A model generated the notes under the pieces. It saw nothing but the letters and a program-made list of their open reading frames with translations. It was not told the origin of the DNA and did not search any database. Shown here one piece after another: positions 42,140 to 56,382 of a stretch of 64,000 nucleotides of DNA (positions within the stretch are counted from its first letter, which is position 1; each line of letters starts with the position of its first letter). The position numbers and the translations under genes were made by a program. Origin of the DNA: Octopus vulgaris (taxonomy: Eukaryota); the NCBI GenBank assembly GCA_951406725.2, contig OX597825.1, positions 21,328,001-21,392,000 on the forward strand, written 5' to 3'.

Positions 42140-44085
42140 ATCATGCCATGCACAAGTATACGTATAACTATGTATGTATATATTGATAAATGTATCTTGC
42201 AATATAATTGTATACACACGCACACACAAATCACAATCTCCTCCCGAAAATAATCCATGTGCATGCGCGTGTGAATGTGTGTGTGTATGTGTGCGTGTGC
42301 ACGTATATGTATGTATTTTTATATACATACATAGAATCTTTTGATATCTTTTACTTGTTTCAGTCATTGGATTGAATGTTTTTAGGCGAACGATTCGACC
42401 CCATATATATATATATATATATATATATACGACGGGCCTCTTTCACTCTCAATTCTACTCACAAGTATTTATATAGCGTGAGGCTAGAGTAAAAGACACT
42501 TACCGAAGGTGCTACGTAGTTGGATTGAATCCGGACCATGTGGTTGGGAAGCAAGCTTCTTACTACACAGCCATTCCTGCGCCTATGTGTATAATATATA
42601 TATATATGCACAGAGGCGAGAAAGAGAAAGAGAGAGAGAAGAGGAGGAGGGAGAGATAGGTAGACAGACAGACTGATAGATATATATATAGTTTATGTTT
42701 TTGTGCAAATATACAAAGAGTATGACTTGAAATAATTGTGTCTTGACTAATTGTATTACTTTCTTTTGAACTTAACTCTTTGTTTGGGTGATGGTGGTAA
42801 TGTTTAATCCTTGACGTATTTCAAATGAATATTTCAGAGTTAAACGTGGAGTAACTTTGACTAAAGTCAAATGTACAAATAATTTAGTCAAAATATTTTG
42901 CTTTAATAACAGCAGAGCGTATGCATACATGTATATATATATACATATTATTTTAAGTTATTTAAATTGATCAAGGAAGCTACATATATCAAAGATGAAA
43001 ATGCTAAATAGAATGAATATTGAATGAATATATGTATTTTTACAATTGTAAAACTGTCAATCACTTATTATTACTAATTCCAAATCGATCAAACATAAAT
43101 CATCTGACATGATTGACATCTTAATGCACATGTTACCTCATGGAAAGGAAATATTTCAAGAACAAATCTGATGTTCGTTTTATTCCTTTTGACAACCGAT
43201 GGTGGTTTGTTTACGTCCCTGTAAATTAGCAGTTCGGCAAAAGCGAACGTTAGAATAAGTACTAGGCTTTCAAAGAATAAGTCCTGGGGTCAATTTTCTC
43301 GACTAAAGGCGGTGCTCCAGCATGGCCGCAGTCAAATGACTGAAACAAGTAAAAGAATAAAAGATAGCATTTTGTGTGCTCTCTGAGAACTTTGTTCCTG
43401 GTGCCAAGTTTATAATTTTAAACAAATTATATTATATTGATTTTAGGGAATTTTAAACACGTCGTTAATAAGATATGGATTATACATGATTCAGTTTGAT
43501 AAAAATAAATCCAGTTTAACAGTATGGTATTACAGATACTTCGTTTGGAAAAGGTACACACACACAACTGCGCGCACACACATGTGTATGTATGTATAAG
43601 ACCGCAGTTTTGCAGACAGAAATACTAATTTTGCTTAGGGGAAGATCGTTTGAATGACAAGATTATAGGTTATGCAATACAAAATTCGTTCTATTTTTCT
43701 TCAGTAGTACTAAAAGTATTGAATACGGTCAAAAACTTGCAATACATCATACTCTATAGAGTATATCTTTGATAATCAGTTCAGATTGATACTCTCCAGA
43801 TCAGTGATTCTCAGCGTGGAGAATATGCCCCACCGGTGGGCTGGGAAAATTGTGGTGGAGCGAGGTGCTATAGATGTTAGACACAAGGTTCGCATTATTA
43901 AGTGATTCCCTTTTTTTACTTAGTCCATAATGTGCTTTCATTTAATGTACTCAGTACTTGATAAATGAGTTAACGGTAGATTAGTTCGTATTAAATAATT
44001 GTGATAAAATATTGAAAATAATTTTTTTTTCTTTCAAGCGATGGTAGGGGACAAACACAGACACACAAATACATACATAAATGCA

Positions 44086-44164
<79 letters not shown>

Positions 44165-45340
44165 ACGACGGGATTCTTTCAGTTTTTCGCTACCAAGTTC
44201 ACTCTCAAGGGTTTAGCCGGCTCGAGGCTATAAATAGAAGACACTTGCCCAAGGTACCACGTAGTAGAACTGAACCCGGAACCATCTGGTTGGGAAGCAA
44301 GCTTCTTACAACAGAGCCATTCCTGCTCCTATTTACAAAAATTATGTATGTGACAATAATATTAAAAAATTGAATATTTTCGTAGAAAAACTCTGCATTT
44401 GACGAAACAAACCTTGAATGATCATTAATGAAACACACTAAGAAACGAGGGTAAAATTTTTTATTTAATATGTTCGTGCGCCTTCAAACTTAGAAACACC
44501 TTAACATTGGTAAAACAGTCTTAGCAAAGCTATTCTCATCATAAACTGTCTACGCAAAAACACACCGGTTTCGACTATGAATGACGTCATGTAACTTTAA
44601 GACACGAATTTCAGCGTGGTTGCACTTCATCAGTCACGACACCGAACTCGTCGTTGACGACACACTAAGTACTATCGTTCCTAAGCGTAACCAGCAAATA
44701 ATAATTTTATTTACGGGTGGAAAGTTTTGTCAAACTGAAATTCTAAAAGCTTTGTATTTTTATATTTAACACTAATAGCCCCTAATCGCGTGTCACTCCG
44801 AAAATTCAAGGGTTTTGACTGGTTATTCAAAGTTTAAGCTACGTCTGTTTTGGCGTTCAAAGGCAGAAACTATGGATGGGTAAGAGCCTACTCGATGAGT
44901 TGGTTTGTAGAAAGGTAAAGTGTCAAACTCAATATTTACAACAAAACGTTGCTTCTTTTAGACACTGCAACCGCCAATAGATCAAGCTGTGATAGCTAAA
45001 TTCAAGGCCTATTATCATCTGAAACCAGTCACATTTTGTGATATGAAATTCCGCGTTACGATGACGATTTCAAGAAAGCATTACTTACGCAACGCAGGGA
45101 AATCCCTAGAGTGGGAAATACTTTCGGTATGCAAATTAGGGGCCCCTTTAAAGAGTAAACTGCTGCATTTGTCGAGAATATAAACAGCTAGGCTGCTTGG
45201 TTATCCGGAGATTGTTAGGATGATATAGGAGCCTCTAATGAGAACCCAATAAGATTCGAAAAGCAATAAAGGTTATGCATCATTTTTTTTCAGTCTGCGG
45301 AGAAATGGCTAAAACTTGCCTTGTTTTTAATGGTACCATG

Positions 45341-45385
<45 letters not shown>

Positions 45386-45415
45386 CACACGCATATATAT
45401 ATATATATACATACT

Positions 45416-45829
45416 GGCGCAGGAATGGCTTTGTGGTAAGTAGCTTGTTTACCAACCACATGGTTCCGGATTCAGTTCCACTTCGTGGCACCTTGGGCAA
45501 GTGTCTTCTACTATAGCCTCAGGGCCGACCAAAGCCTTGTGAGTGGATTTGGTAGACGGAAACAGAAAGAAGCCCGTCGTATATATGTATATATGTATAT
45601 GTATGTGTGTGTATATATGTTTGTGTGCCTGTGTTTGTCCCCCTAGCATTGCTTGACAATCGATGCTGGTGTGTTTATGTCCCCGTCACTTAGCGGTTCG
45701 GCAAAAAGAGACCGATAGAATAAGTACTGGGCTTACAATAAGAATAAGTCCCGGGGACGAGTTGCTCGACTAAAGGCGGTGCTCCAGCATGGCCGCACTC
45801 AGTTGACTGAAACAAGTAAAGAGAAAGAG
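45416..45829 (+). mobile_element. tRNA-derived SINE family A, full length (further partial copies near 5220, 8540, 12998, 24275, 28050, 29255, 37490, 42350, 43190, 44035, 49052, 50980)
   Basis: tRNA-like head GGCGCAGGAATGGCT..TGGTAAG..GGATTCAGTTCC, an internal TA/TG microsatellite and a LINE-like tail; multicopy within the window. Confidence 0.92.
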
Positions 45830-46217
45830 ATACGGACATACATATATGTATGCATGAATATATGTGTATGCTTTTGTAGATATACGTTTATGGTGAGGAT
45901 GAGAAATAGTAGTAGCGTTACCCCTTCATAAATGTTCAACTGTTTGTCATTCAACCAACACCAGGTATGTGTAAATACATCTATTTTCAATAAGAAGGAA
46001 TGCTGTTTTACACTGTCAACAAAGTAGAGGTGCGAGTGCCAACGTACATATGTCATACATCTATTAGTCATGTCTTACAGCTGTGAGTTTACTGTACACT
46101 TCACTTACACACACTCAGTCCCTCTTTGAAGTCAATTTGATTGCAAATACTACACAACCATACGCACAGTCACACACACGTAGTATGAATGAGTGTGAAT
46201 ATATGCATGTGTGTATC

Positions 46218-46277
<60 letters not shown>

Positions 46278-46278
46278 G

Positions 46279-46347
<69 letters not shown>

Positions 46348-46515
46348 GTGAATAAACATATGTATATATTGTGTATATATAATATATGTATATATTTATA
46401 TGTGTGTGTGTGTCTGTGTGTATGTGTTTTGTGTGTATAAAAGAACATAATTTTTCTTTTATTCATTTATTTGTTTGTCATTTGACTGCGGCCATGCTGG
46501 ATACACAGACACACA

Positions 46516-46551
<36 letters not shown>

Positions 46552-46721
46552 TCGACTATATATAGTCTTGGGAATAGTAGTTCTCGAAGCACATATAAAA
46601 CCATAAATAATACAGCTTTTAAATATTGGGTTGAAAATCCCTTTTGGATGGAAAAAGTCAACAATCTAAATGAATTAAAATATATTATGTTGATATTAGT
46701 CATACAATCTAAATAAGATAT

Positions 46722-46765
<44 letters not shown>

Positions 46766-46806
46766 ATGTAATTGAGATTAGTATATATATATTACTTATA
46801 TATATC

Positions 46807-46837
<31 letters not shown>

Positions 46838-46916
46838 AAAGCAAAAGATATTATATATGTATGTTGATATTAGTATATAATATACAATCTACAAAAAATG
46901 CATAATAGAGCCATAT

Positions 46917-46948
<32 letters not shown>

Positions 46949-46950
46949 TG

Positions 46951-46997
<47 letters not shown>

Positions 46998-47094
46998 GTA
47001 TATATATATATTGGTAAAACGGAAAAAAAGAAAGAAAGAGACCTCAATATTATGTAAATAGAGGAAATTTATCTATTCAATAATATGTTACATT

Positions 47095-47273
47095 ACTCGA
47101 TAGTCAAGATAAAACTCTGAGTTTCAGATGCCGAAGTGGGAATCCACGACATCTCTTCGGTTATCTGGCTATTTGAAAATAGTTTTCAATTTCAAATAGC
47201 CAGATAACCGAAGAGATGTCGTGGATTCCCACTTCGGCATCTGAAACTCAGAGTTTTATCTTGACTATCGAGT
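47095..47273. repeat. Perfect inverted repeat whose arms are a hammerhead-like motif (47202-47261 +; 47107-47166 -)
   Basis: AGAUAA-CCGAAGA-GAUGUCG...CGGCAUC-U-GAAAC-UCaGA-GUU-UUAUCU. Confidence 0.85.
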
Positions 47274-47340
47274 GTACATATTATTGTATATATATATATA
47301 TATATATATTTTATATAGAGGGCATTATTATATATACACG

Positions 47341-47389
<49 letters not shown>

Positions 47390-47812
47390 TTTTTGTTTAT
47401 CTGAGTTTTTCGATTTGTACGTGTGTATATATGTTAGAAAGTCGGTGTGAATGCATGGGTGCATTTGATTAACTCAGTGACTGCAAGTGGCTGCATGTGT
47501 TTTGCGTATATATATATGTGTTTCTATTAAACACTGCGTAAATAAATATTAAATATTATGTTTGTATATGTTTTTTTGTAAAATATTCATTATTTTTGTT
47601 CTTTTCTACAACCAGGCACCCACACATTTTTACTTTTTTGTGTATTTGTGTACATCTTGATAGGTGTGGATCAATGGCTCTATCTGTCTGACTGACAGAC
47701 GGTTCGTTCGTTTATTGGCTGGCTACCTGCTGCAGTCTGTCTGTCTATCTGTTTCTGTCTGTCTGTCTGTCTGTCTATCTGCTTTTATCTGTCTGTCTGT
47801 ATCTTACTCTCC

Positions 47813-47875
<63 letters not shown>

Positions 47876-48157
47876 CACACACACATACATACATACATAC
47901 ATACATACATACACATACATACATACACACATACATACACACATACATACACACACATACATACACACATACATACACACATACATACATACACACATAC
48001 ATACATACATACACACACATACATACATACATGCATGCATGCATACATACATACATACATACATACATACATACATACATACATACATGCATGCATGCAT
48101 ACATACATACATACATACATACATACATACATACATACATACATACATGCATGCAAA

Positions 48158-48470
48158 TGGGGGAGTACTAAAGAATTCCTGGTTCTAAGGGCATCGCAAA
48201 AAGCTTGGCTGAAGACCCAACCTTCCGATGTTCTTTTACAGAGCTTAGAAAAACTGAAGGACCACTGCAACAAGTATCTGATTCTGAGAGAGGAATACCT
48301 CTTATATAAAATCCGTTCAGTCTGTCTGTGTGTGAGTCTTCTAGGATCTCGGGCATCCTCCACCCGATTGCGCTCAAATTTGATATGTAGATACCGACGG
48401 TATCAGGGCATGTATAAGTCTTGAAAAAATTACAAAAATCGATTCCAGGTGAGAATGCGATCGATAAAGC
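48158..48470 (+). mobile_element. Mariner-derived fragment interrupted by a Helitron-like 5' end at about 48300
   Basis: Peptide WLKTQPSDVLLQSLEKLKDHCNKYLILREEY resembles the mariner C-terminus; it is followed by TCTTATATAAAA..GTCTGTCTGT. Confidence 0.5.
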
Positions 48471-48628
48471 CGTTTTCGTCCTGCTTTTCTTCCGTCAACC
48501 TGTACATAACTGCACCTTCCATTTTTTGTTGTTTTTGCCAAGCTTACTGTTTAAACTATGTTTGTGTTCTCCCAGTCAACAGCCTTATCATTACTGGTAC
48601 TTTAAATGTACAAAATGCAGCACGGAAT

Positions 48629-48679
48629 TTTGTCAGTGAACAGGTCGCGGTTTCAAAGCGCCGAAAATATTTTGACAAA
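48629..48679 (+). ncRNA. Hammerhead-like motif, G3:C8 core variant
   Basis: UUUGUCA-GUGAACA-G-GUCGC...GCGCC-GAA-AAUAUU-U-UGACAAA. The sister copy at about 20200 has GCGAC, which restores stem II. Confidence 0.58.
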
Positions 48680-49785
48680 TTAAATTTAAATGTTGAAGTG
48701 AATCTAACGGTTTTGGTGTGTTTTTAGATGGCTTACAGACGTTTTCCACACTGCAATTGTTTTTGTTTCAGCGCACGATCTCAGGTCAAGTCACTTGCTA
48801 TGCAAGTACATCTCTTGAAATTTAAAATTTAGCCTCCAGACTGTATTTTGGATATGTCACTAGAAGTGTGCCAGCAGAATACGTTTACCTCTTATGGTTA
48901 CCTGGCGTCATCCACAATAAATGCACATTCGTCGCTGGATCTACATTAGGAATTACTCGGTGCACGTTGAGCATATTCTAAATTATTGACACGGAAGACA
49001 GAGTACTTAGGAAACTGTCTTCCGTATCAATTATTCCGATATATATATATACACGACGAGTTTCCTTAAGTTTTCCTCTTTCAATCCAACACATAAGTCT
49101 TTCCTGATCTGGGAGCTATAGCAGGAGATACTTCTCAAGGTGCCATGCAGTGGGACTGAACCCAGAACCATCAGGTTGAGAAGCAAACTTCTTACCACAC
49201 AGCCAGTCCTGCGCCTATATTCGTACAAACGTACATACATGAACGTACAAATATCTGTAGGTGTCTGTGAGTGTGTGTCAGCGTGTGACCTTGTGTGTGT
49301 ATTTGTTTATGTGTTTGTTCCACTCGCTCTTTACAACCTGGCTCACGTGGCCCCAACGTGATCATCAGCCATCTTTCTTCTAACTTATGTTTCTTTCTTC
49401 CCGTTGTAGCTGGATCAAGGAAGACGTGTTCTTGTCTGTCTCCTGTCCAAGCTTGATTTACGCGTTCACCACCTCGTTTAGGCTTAACGACCCTTCCTGT
49501 TTGCTTTCACTGTCCTGTTTGTGTTACCAATTTTGACTCTCCACAAAATCCCAAATTTTATTTAATTTTCTTTGCGGGTACAACTGTTTTATCGAAAGCG
49601 TAAATTGTTAAATACTCGAAATATGAGAGTAGAAAAACAGCCAACAACTTATGAAGGGTAGTTCTTTATTTTGTTTGTCTTGTTTTCCATTTGTGTCTTT
49701 CGTTGTTCGAAAAAAAGTTCATATTACATGTACTGGTACTTCGGATTTTTGTTGTACACGTTTATTGACGTCCTGCACCCAAATA

Positions 49786-49826
<41 letters not shown>

Positions 49827-50007
49827 GTATAGATGTAAGTACGTACATATACATATATGTGTTTATAAACACACACACACACATATATACGTGCATACAT
49901 AGATATATGTATTATATATATATATATATATGTATATACGTATGCATATGTAGATACATATATGTTTATACATATATGCACATGTTTATATATATACTGT
50001 GTATTGT

Positions 50008-50078
<71 letters not shown>

Positions 50079-50484
50079 CGCGTACACATATATCATCACA
50101 GCCCCTCGTATGTATTAGCGTGCCTGAACTGAATGATGTATGTGTGTGTGTGTGTTTGTGCACGTCTGCTTATTGCTTTTGCTTGTCACATGACATGTTT
50201 ACGTCGTAGCGTTTTTCTTTTCTAGTGACTCGCAATATGGAAACAGTAGCTGTATAGAGCGTGAAATTGTCTCTACTTAAGCTGACAATATATCCGTTGT
50301 GATCTGATGATTAAGAAAGGGACGTTCTGCTTCGACTATCTGTCATTGTTATATCTAATTTGTGGCTACATATTTGAATAGACGAGACCCTCCTTCAGCC
50401 GGTACCAACAACCGCCTACCGTGTGCTCTCCTTCTATGAATATGTGTGAGTATGTGTGGGTTTTTGTTTGTGTAATGTGTGTAA

Positions 50485-50517
<33 letters not shown>

Positions 50518-50735
50518 GAGTATGTGTGGTTTTTGTTTGTGTAATGTGTGTGTGTGTGTGTGTTTGTGTGTGTGTGTGAAGAAAGGCGAGACGATTTAAA
50601 GTTTGAAAGGGAACAGAAGGATGAGAAGATATAACATAAAGCAAGATATCTTTACAACCTGTCACAGCAACGAAATGAAAGGCAGAGCGCGCAGACGCGC
50701 ATGTTCACACACATACGGACACACATACACACACA

Positions 50736-50769
<34 letters not shown>

Positions 50770-51699
50770 TGGAGATATATAAAATAGAGTATTATACATA
50801 TATACACACATGTGTGCATATATATATGCATATAATATAATATAATACGACATAATATAGTATATATATATATATGTACATATGTGTTATATATATATAT
50901 ATATATATATGTACATATGTGTTATATATATATATATATGTACATATGTGTTATATATATATATATATGTATATATATAGGTGCAGGATTGGCTGTGTGG
51001 TAAGAAGCATGTTTCCCAACCACATGCTTCCAGGTTCAGTCCCACTGCGTGGTGCCTTTATATCTGTCTGTGTTTGTACACCACGTCACCGTTTGTTAAG
51101 CAATCTTGGTGTGTTCACGTCCCCCGCAACTTAGCGGATCAGCTTAAAGAGACCGATAGAATAAGTACCAGGCTTTTAAAAAACTTACTGAAACAAGTAA
51201 AAGTTGCATATATATATATGCAACTATACATCTTTGGAAAATTCATAAGCAAGTATATCAACTACTAAAACACTCTTTTCCAGAAAAGCCAACTGTCAAG
51301 TCCTGTGCAGTAGAAAAGAGATGATGAATATACATGCATACATTCAGGAGTCCACATTATTTACGGATATGAATGTGTTGTGTTACCTCGTTTTGTGCTT
51401 TGATTATGATTGTAAAGAAAAAAGTTGAAGACGAAGCAAAAAATGCTAAACATTATAAGATAACATAAATCAGTAAGCTATTTGTAACAGGGTTGTTAAC
51501 TTAAATAGGGAAGAATGTCAGACATTACTAAATGGCTAAATATTTCAAAGAATCGCTTTCACACTAAGCACTGTAACTCTAGAGAGCTTGTGATACCCTC
51601 TGCTCTGATGTTAAGATAAAATTAGAAACCATGGTGATATAATATTATAATAAAATTATGAAACTAGTTAAACTTAATCAGGGGAATTACTTAGCGTCA

Positions 51700-52800
51700 A
51701 TTCAGTTGAAAACGCCAGCCATAACAGATTATGTTTGGGGAGAAGTTGCTTTTCTTTCTCCCCCATTGGTTGTTTGACAAATGTTGTCTACGTTTGAGAC
51801 ATTTATCTGAAAGTAATTATCGTTGACAGTATGTCGTGTCCACAACACATCTCTTTCCTAATAAAGAATAATTGTCAGTAAACGGGTCCAAAATTTCCGT
51901 AGCTCTATAATCTGATGTATGTAGCACTAAGTCCTGTTGGGCCATCTCTTCCCACGATGCTACCTGGGTTTTGGTGTGCCGCCCTTAATTAGCGAAATCT
52001 TGACCCTGTGTAAATTTCTGGGACGTAATATAATTTGTACCTGCTCCTGTAAGTGTGCTTATCATTCTCGGATCAGCTAGGAGCTCAATTCAATCGATAA
52101 ATTTCTATAGCGCCGTAAAATTACCAGTAAGGTAATTTTACTTAGGAATTCAGTAGTAAGAATCCATTCTGTTGTTAGATACTCTACGCTAAGGTACTTT
52201 GGCACATTTCGGATGCATAGCTCTAATCACTCCTGCAGTGTTTTCAATAAATAAACTCTTAACATGAAAACTTTATTGATTCCTCAGAAACTTTTACATT
52301 GGAATTTTGTATTTTCTCTTCATTATCCAATTCAATGATATCATTTCTGATTGATTGCACCATCTTTTCGTCAAATTCCAGAAAATCAACCCCAGTTTCT
52401 TTCTAGCCTTAGCTTCGTCCAAACCCGTTCTAATCTGTTTCGAAATATCTATAACCCCTTTAGGCACATTTGGTTTTCCTAAAGTTCCTGAGAGATTGTT
52501 TATTTTGGCTGGCTGTTTATTCAACTGGTTGTTTATAAGTATGCCGAAGTTAGCCGGCTTTGATATTAGCAATTACACCTTGATCTCAGGATTACTGTAA
52601 GGACTTAAGGAAGGAGTGTTTGATGCGGGCAAACTCCTCAATAGCAATGCATGTCTACAGGGTATCCAAATTCTAGAGTAGCCTTGAATATTATTAGTTA
52701 GTAGCTCTGCAAACGATTCAAGGTTATCTTTGTCGCAATGCCATTTTTCGCTGATGGAATAAAAGTACGTCACAAAAAACTGTCATAAAATTTCTTTCAT
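51700..52800 (-). pseudogene. Decayed long reading frame of unknown origin (possible endogenous viral element)
   Basis: ORFs 52573-52773 and 52294-52572 are in one frame, separated by a single TAA. Protein-like translation continues through frameshifts and stops to about 51700, and the region is free of repeats. Confidence 0.4.
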
Positions 52801-54376
52801 GATCTTGGTTTCGCGTTTTGTATCTCAAAGTCATAGGTAGATGCATAATTTGTTTTACTCTCATTGATCGACGTTTTTCTGAACGAAAAGCGAGCTCTGG
52901 CTTTAGGATTCAGAACGATGACTATCAAGAAGTTTCAAATAGTTAAAAAATGGCCTTTAACTCGGAAACGCGTTTTTTTTTCTCTTCGATAGACAAAAAT
53001 GTAAAATGGCACTCTTTTCCAGGAAGGCCATTTTTACCTGCACATAAAAAAAAGGTGGTGGGGAGAAGTAGAAAACCCGGTAATACATTGTAGTACTCGG
53101 TAATACTCGTAAGAGCCTGGGGATGTTTCTTGGACGGCTTGGCACCTTTGCTTTCAACTTCAATAGCAAAATGGATGCTCTGTACGCAATGCTGTTTTAG
53201 TTGGTATGATGGTAGAATCGTTACCGCATCGGACAACATGCTTGTTTATCCCTACGTTCTGAGTTCAAATTTCGCCGAAGTTGACTTTTCCTTTCATACT
53301 TCGGCGTCAATAAAATAAGTACCAGTAGAGCACTGGGTTAGATGTAATCGACTAGTCACCACACCAACAAAATTTCAGGCCTTGAGCCCTATAATAGAAA
53401 GGATTATTGTTATTATTATTATTATTATTATCATTGTTATTATTATTATTATTATCATTGTTATTATTATTATTATTATTATCATTGTTGTTGTTGGAAT
53501 TATTTTGTTTAAATTCCATTTTTGCTAGTTTCTGACTTCAGTAGAAGTGGTTGTTTTTATAAAGACATACGACACCAAATGTCGGTGCTATGAGGTGTTT
53601 CGGTCGGGGTCGCATTTAGTTATTTGCAATGAGGCAAAGTTTAGTTCTATTATGGAGTCTACCAGTGGTAATAAAGGTCACGGGATCGAATTTCCCTACA
53701 CGTGGCGCAGTATTTTTGTTTTCTTTTTAAATAGAACATCATGTGTAGTTGTGATGTTAATGGGACTGGTGGTGGCGGTGGGAGTTATGCTCACTGTAGT
53801 GGCGGCGGCGGCGGAGGTGGATCGAGATTGAGATAATACTGCTGAGGATGTTAGTATTGGCGGTAGTTTTGGTGGTGATGGAGGTGATTGTTGCGGTGGT
53901 AGTTTTTGAAGGCGATGCTATGGATGACGGTATTTGTTATATTAGCCTTGTTGTTGTTGTTGTTGTTGCTGCTGTCGGTAGTGGTGGTGGTGGTGGTGGT
54001 GGTGGTGGTGGCGTTGGTAGTGGCGCTAGCGGTGGTGGTATTTGTGATGGTGGGTGAGAAAAGAAAAATAAAGAGATGGAATGATAAAATAAACATTAAG
54101 AATTAGAATAACAATGAAAGGGAATAGATAAACCAGAGGCTGAGGGAGAGGTGACGATGGGAGTGGCGGTGGTGGTGGTGGTGGTGGTGGTGGATAATGA
54201 CGATGGTGATAATGATGATGATGATGATGATGACGATGGTCCGTATGATAGTGGTGGTGGTGGTGACTGATGGGAAAGATATTCGGGCGGAATTTGAAAG
54301 ACGACTTTATTTAGAAAGACAGAGACACACACAAAGGGACACACATTGAAACACCCACCACCACCACCACGACATA

Positions 54377-54419
<43 letters not shown>

Positions 54420-54435
54420 CACACACACACACACG

Positions 54436-54535
<100 letters not shown>

Positions 54536-54632
54536 TACACACACGTAGCTATGTAGAGATCCAAATGCATTATTGGGCTACCATATTAACGGTCGTATTC
54601 CGTGTCTTTCTGTCTGTCTGTCTCTCTATCTG

Positions 54633-54711
<79 letters not shown>

Positions 54712-54752
54712 GTCTATGTATGTATGTATGTATGTATGTATGTACGTGTATA

Positions 54753-54794
<42 letters not shown>

Positions 54795-55996
54795 CTTATA
54801 AAATAAGGGTAAAAGAAAAATTCTAATGCCAAATATGCCGAAAAAGACAAAATCGTCAATATATATATATATATACACACATATACATATATATAAATGA
54901 ATGTATATATATATGAATATGCGTGTGTATAAATAATATATATCCACATATACATATATCGATATATATTTATATATACATACATTATATATGTATGTAA
55001 ATTGATATGTATATATATCTTAAAATTATTCAAAGGACATACTAAGAATGTCTACCTGCTGGAAATAACAGTCAAAACTCTTATTTAAATCGCCAAATGC
55101 ACTGATAATAACTACAAACCGCCTGAAGGCAAACGAGCTAAGACAATCTCTCAGCATACAATCAAGTATTTGGACTCACGGTGACCGGTTCCTGGACTGG
55201 CATAATAGCCTCACTTTCCTCAACACGCGTTAACCGGATAGAGAGCCCCCAACCCGTCATGTTGAAGTCTGCGCTGCAACTGGTTCGTTTTGCGCCGAAA
55301 TCATGGCAGCTACCAGTGTGAAAATAATTTTAATACGGTGCAAATAATTCACGAACAAATAATTTACGAAGATATCATTGACACTATAGTCCGTATGTAG
55401 TACTCGGGTCTTCGAGGGAGGATGACCTCCCTTTGCAAACAACACAAGGACACTGAGATAGTGTCTAAAGTCCTTCTGGTGACGTTGATCGCCTGGGGCT
55501 AAAAGCATCAGCAACACCCCCCCCCCAGTGGCTAGCCACATTCAGATGGCTGATACCCCTTACGTTGTCGAGCGGTTACTGTTTATATCTCGTTCAGAGA
55601 TTTATTATTAATTTAAAAGTGATAATAATAGAATCAATAATATAGGCGATTGCAGCCCCCCCCCCCCAAAAGGCATTAAATAGCTGAAGGATTAAAATTA
55701 ATCAAAAGACATACTAGGTATGTCTAACTGCTGGAAATAACAGTCAAAACACTTATTTAAATTGCCAAAATACACTGATAAGTAATTTTAATCCGTCAGC
55801 TATTTAATGCACGCCGGGTGAAATGCTTTCCGGTATTTTGTCTGTCTTTACGTTCTGAGTTCAAATTCGGCCGAAGTCGTCTTTGCTTTTCATCCTTTCG
55901 CTTTCGATCAAATAAGTACCAGCTGAACACTGGGCTCGATGTAATCGATTTAGCCCTTCACCAGAATTCATGGCCTTGTACCTAGAGTAGATAGGA

Positions 55997-56061
55997 TTCT
56001 TCTTCTTCTTCTTCTTCTTCTTCTTCTTCTTCTTCTTCTTCTTCTTCTTCTTCTTCTTCTT

Positions 56062-56130
<69 letters not shown>

Positions 56131-56295
56131 GACTTCACACAGTATACAATATCGTGAGGTTGTTTATTGACGATATTGTGCCTCCCGGAGGTTTTGCCCT
56201 GTCTGAAAAGTCACAAGGACCTCAAACAGACAGTACTTTACGCAATATGCATGTAGTTCCAAGTAGTGCCGATTTTTGCAATACGCTCAGATTGT
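55997..56295 (-). mobile_element. R4/Dong-like LINE 3' end with an (AAT)n/(AAG)n tail
   Basis: Minus-strand peptide LQKSALLGTTCILRKVLSV*, then a short UTR and trinucleotide arrays. Confidence 0.75.
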
Positions 56296-56304
56296 ATACA
56301 CACA

Positions 56305-56382
<78 letters not shown>

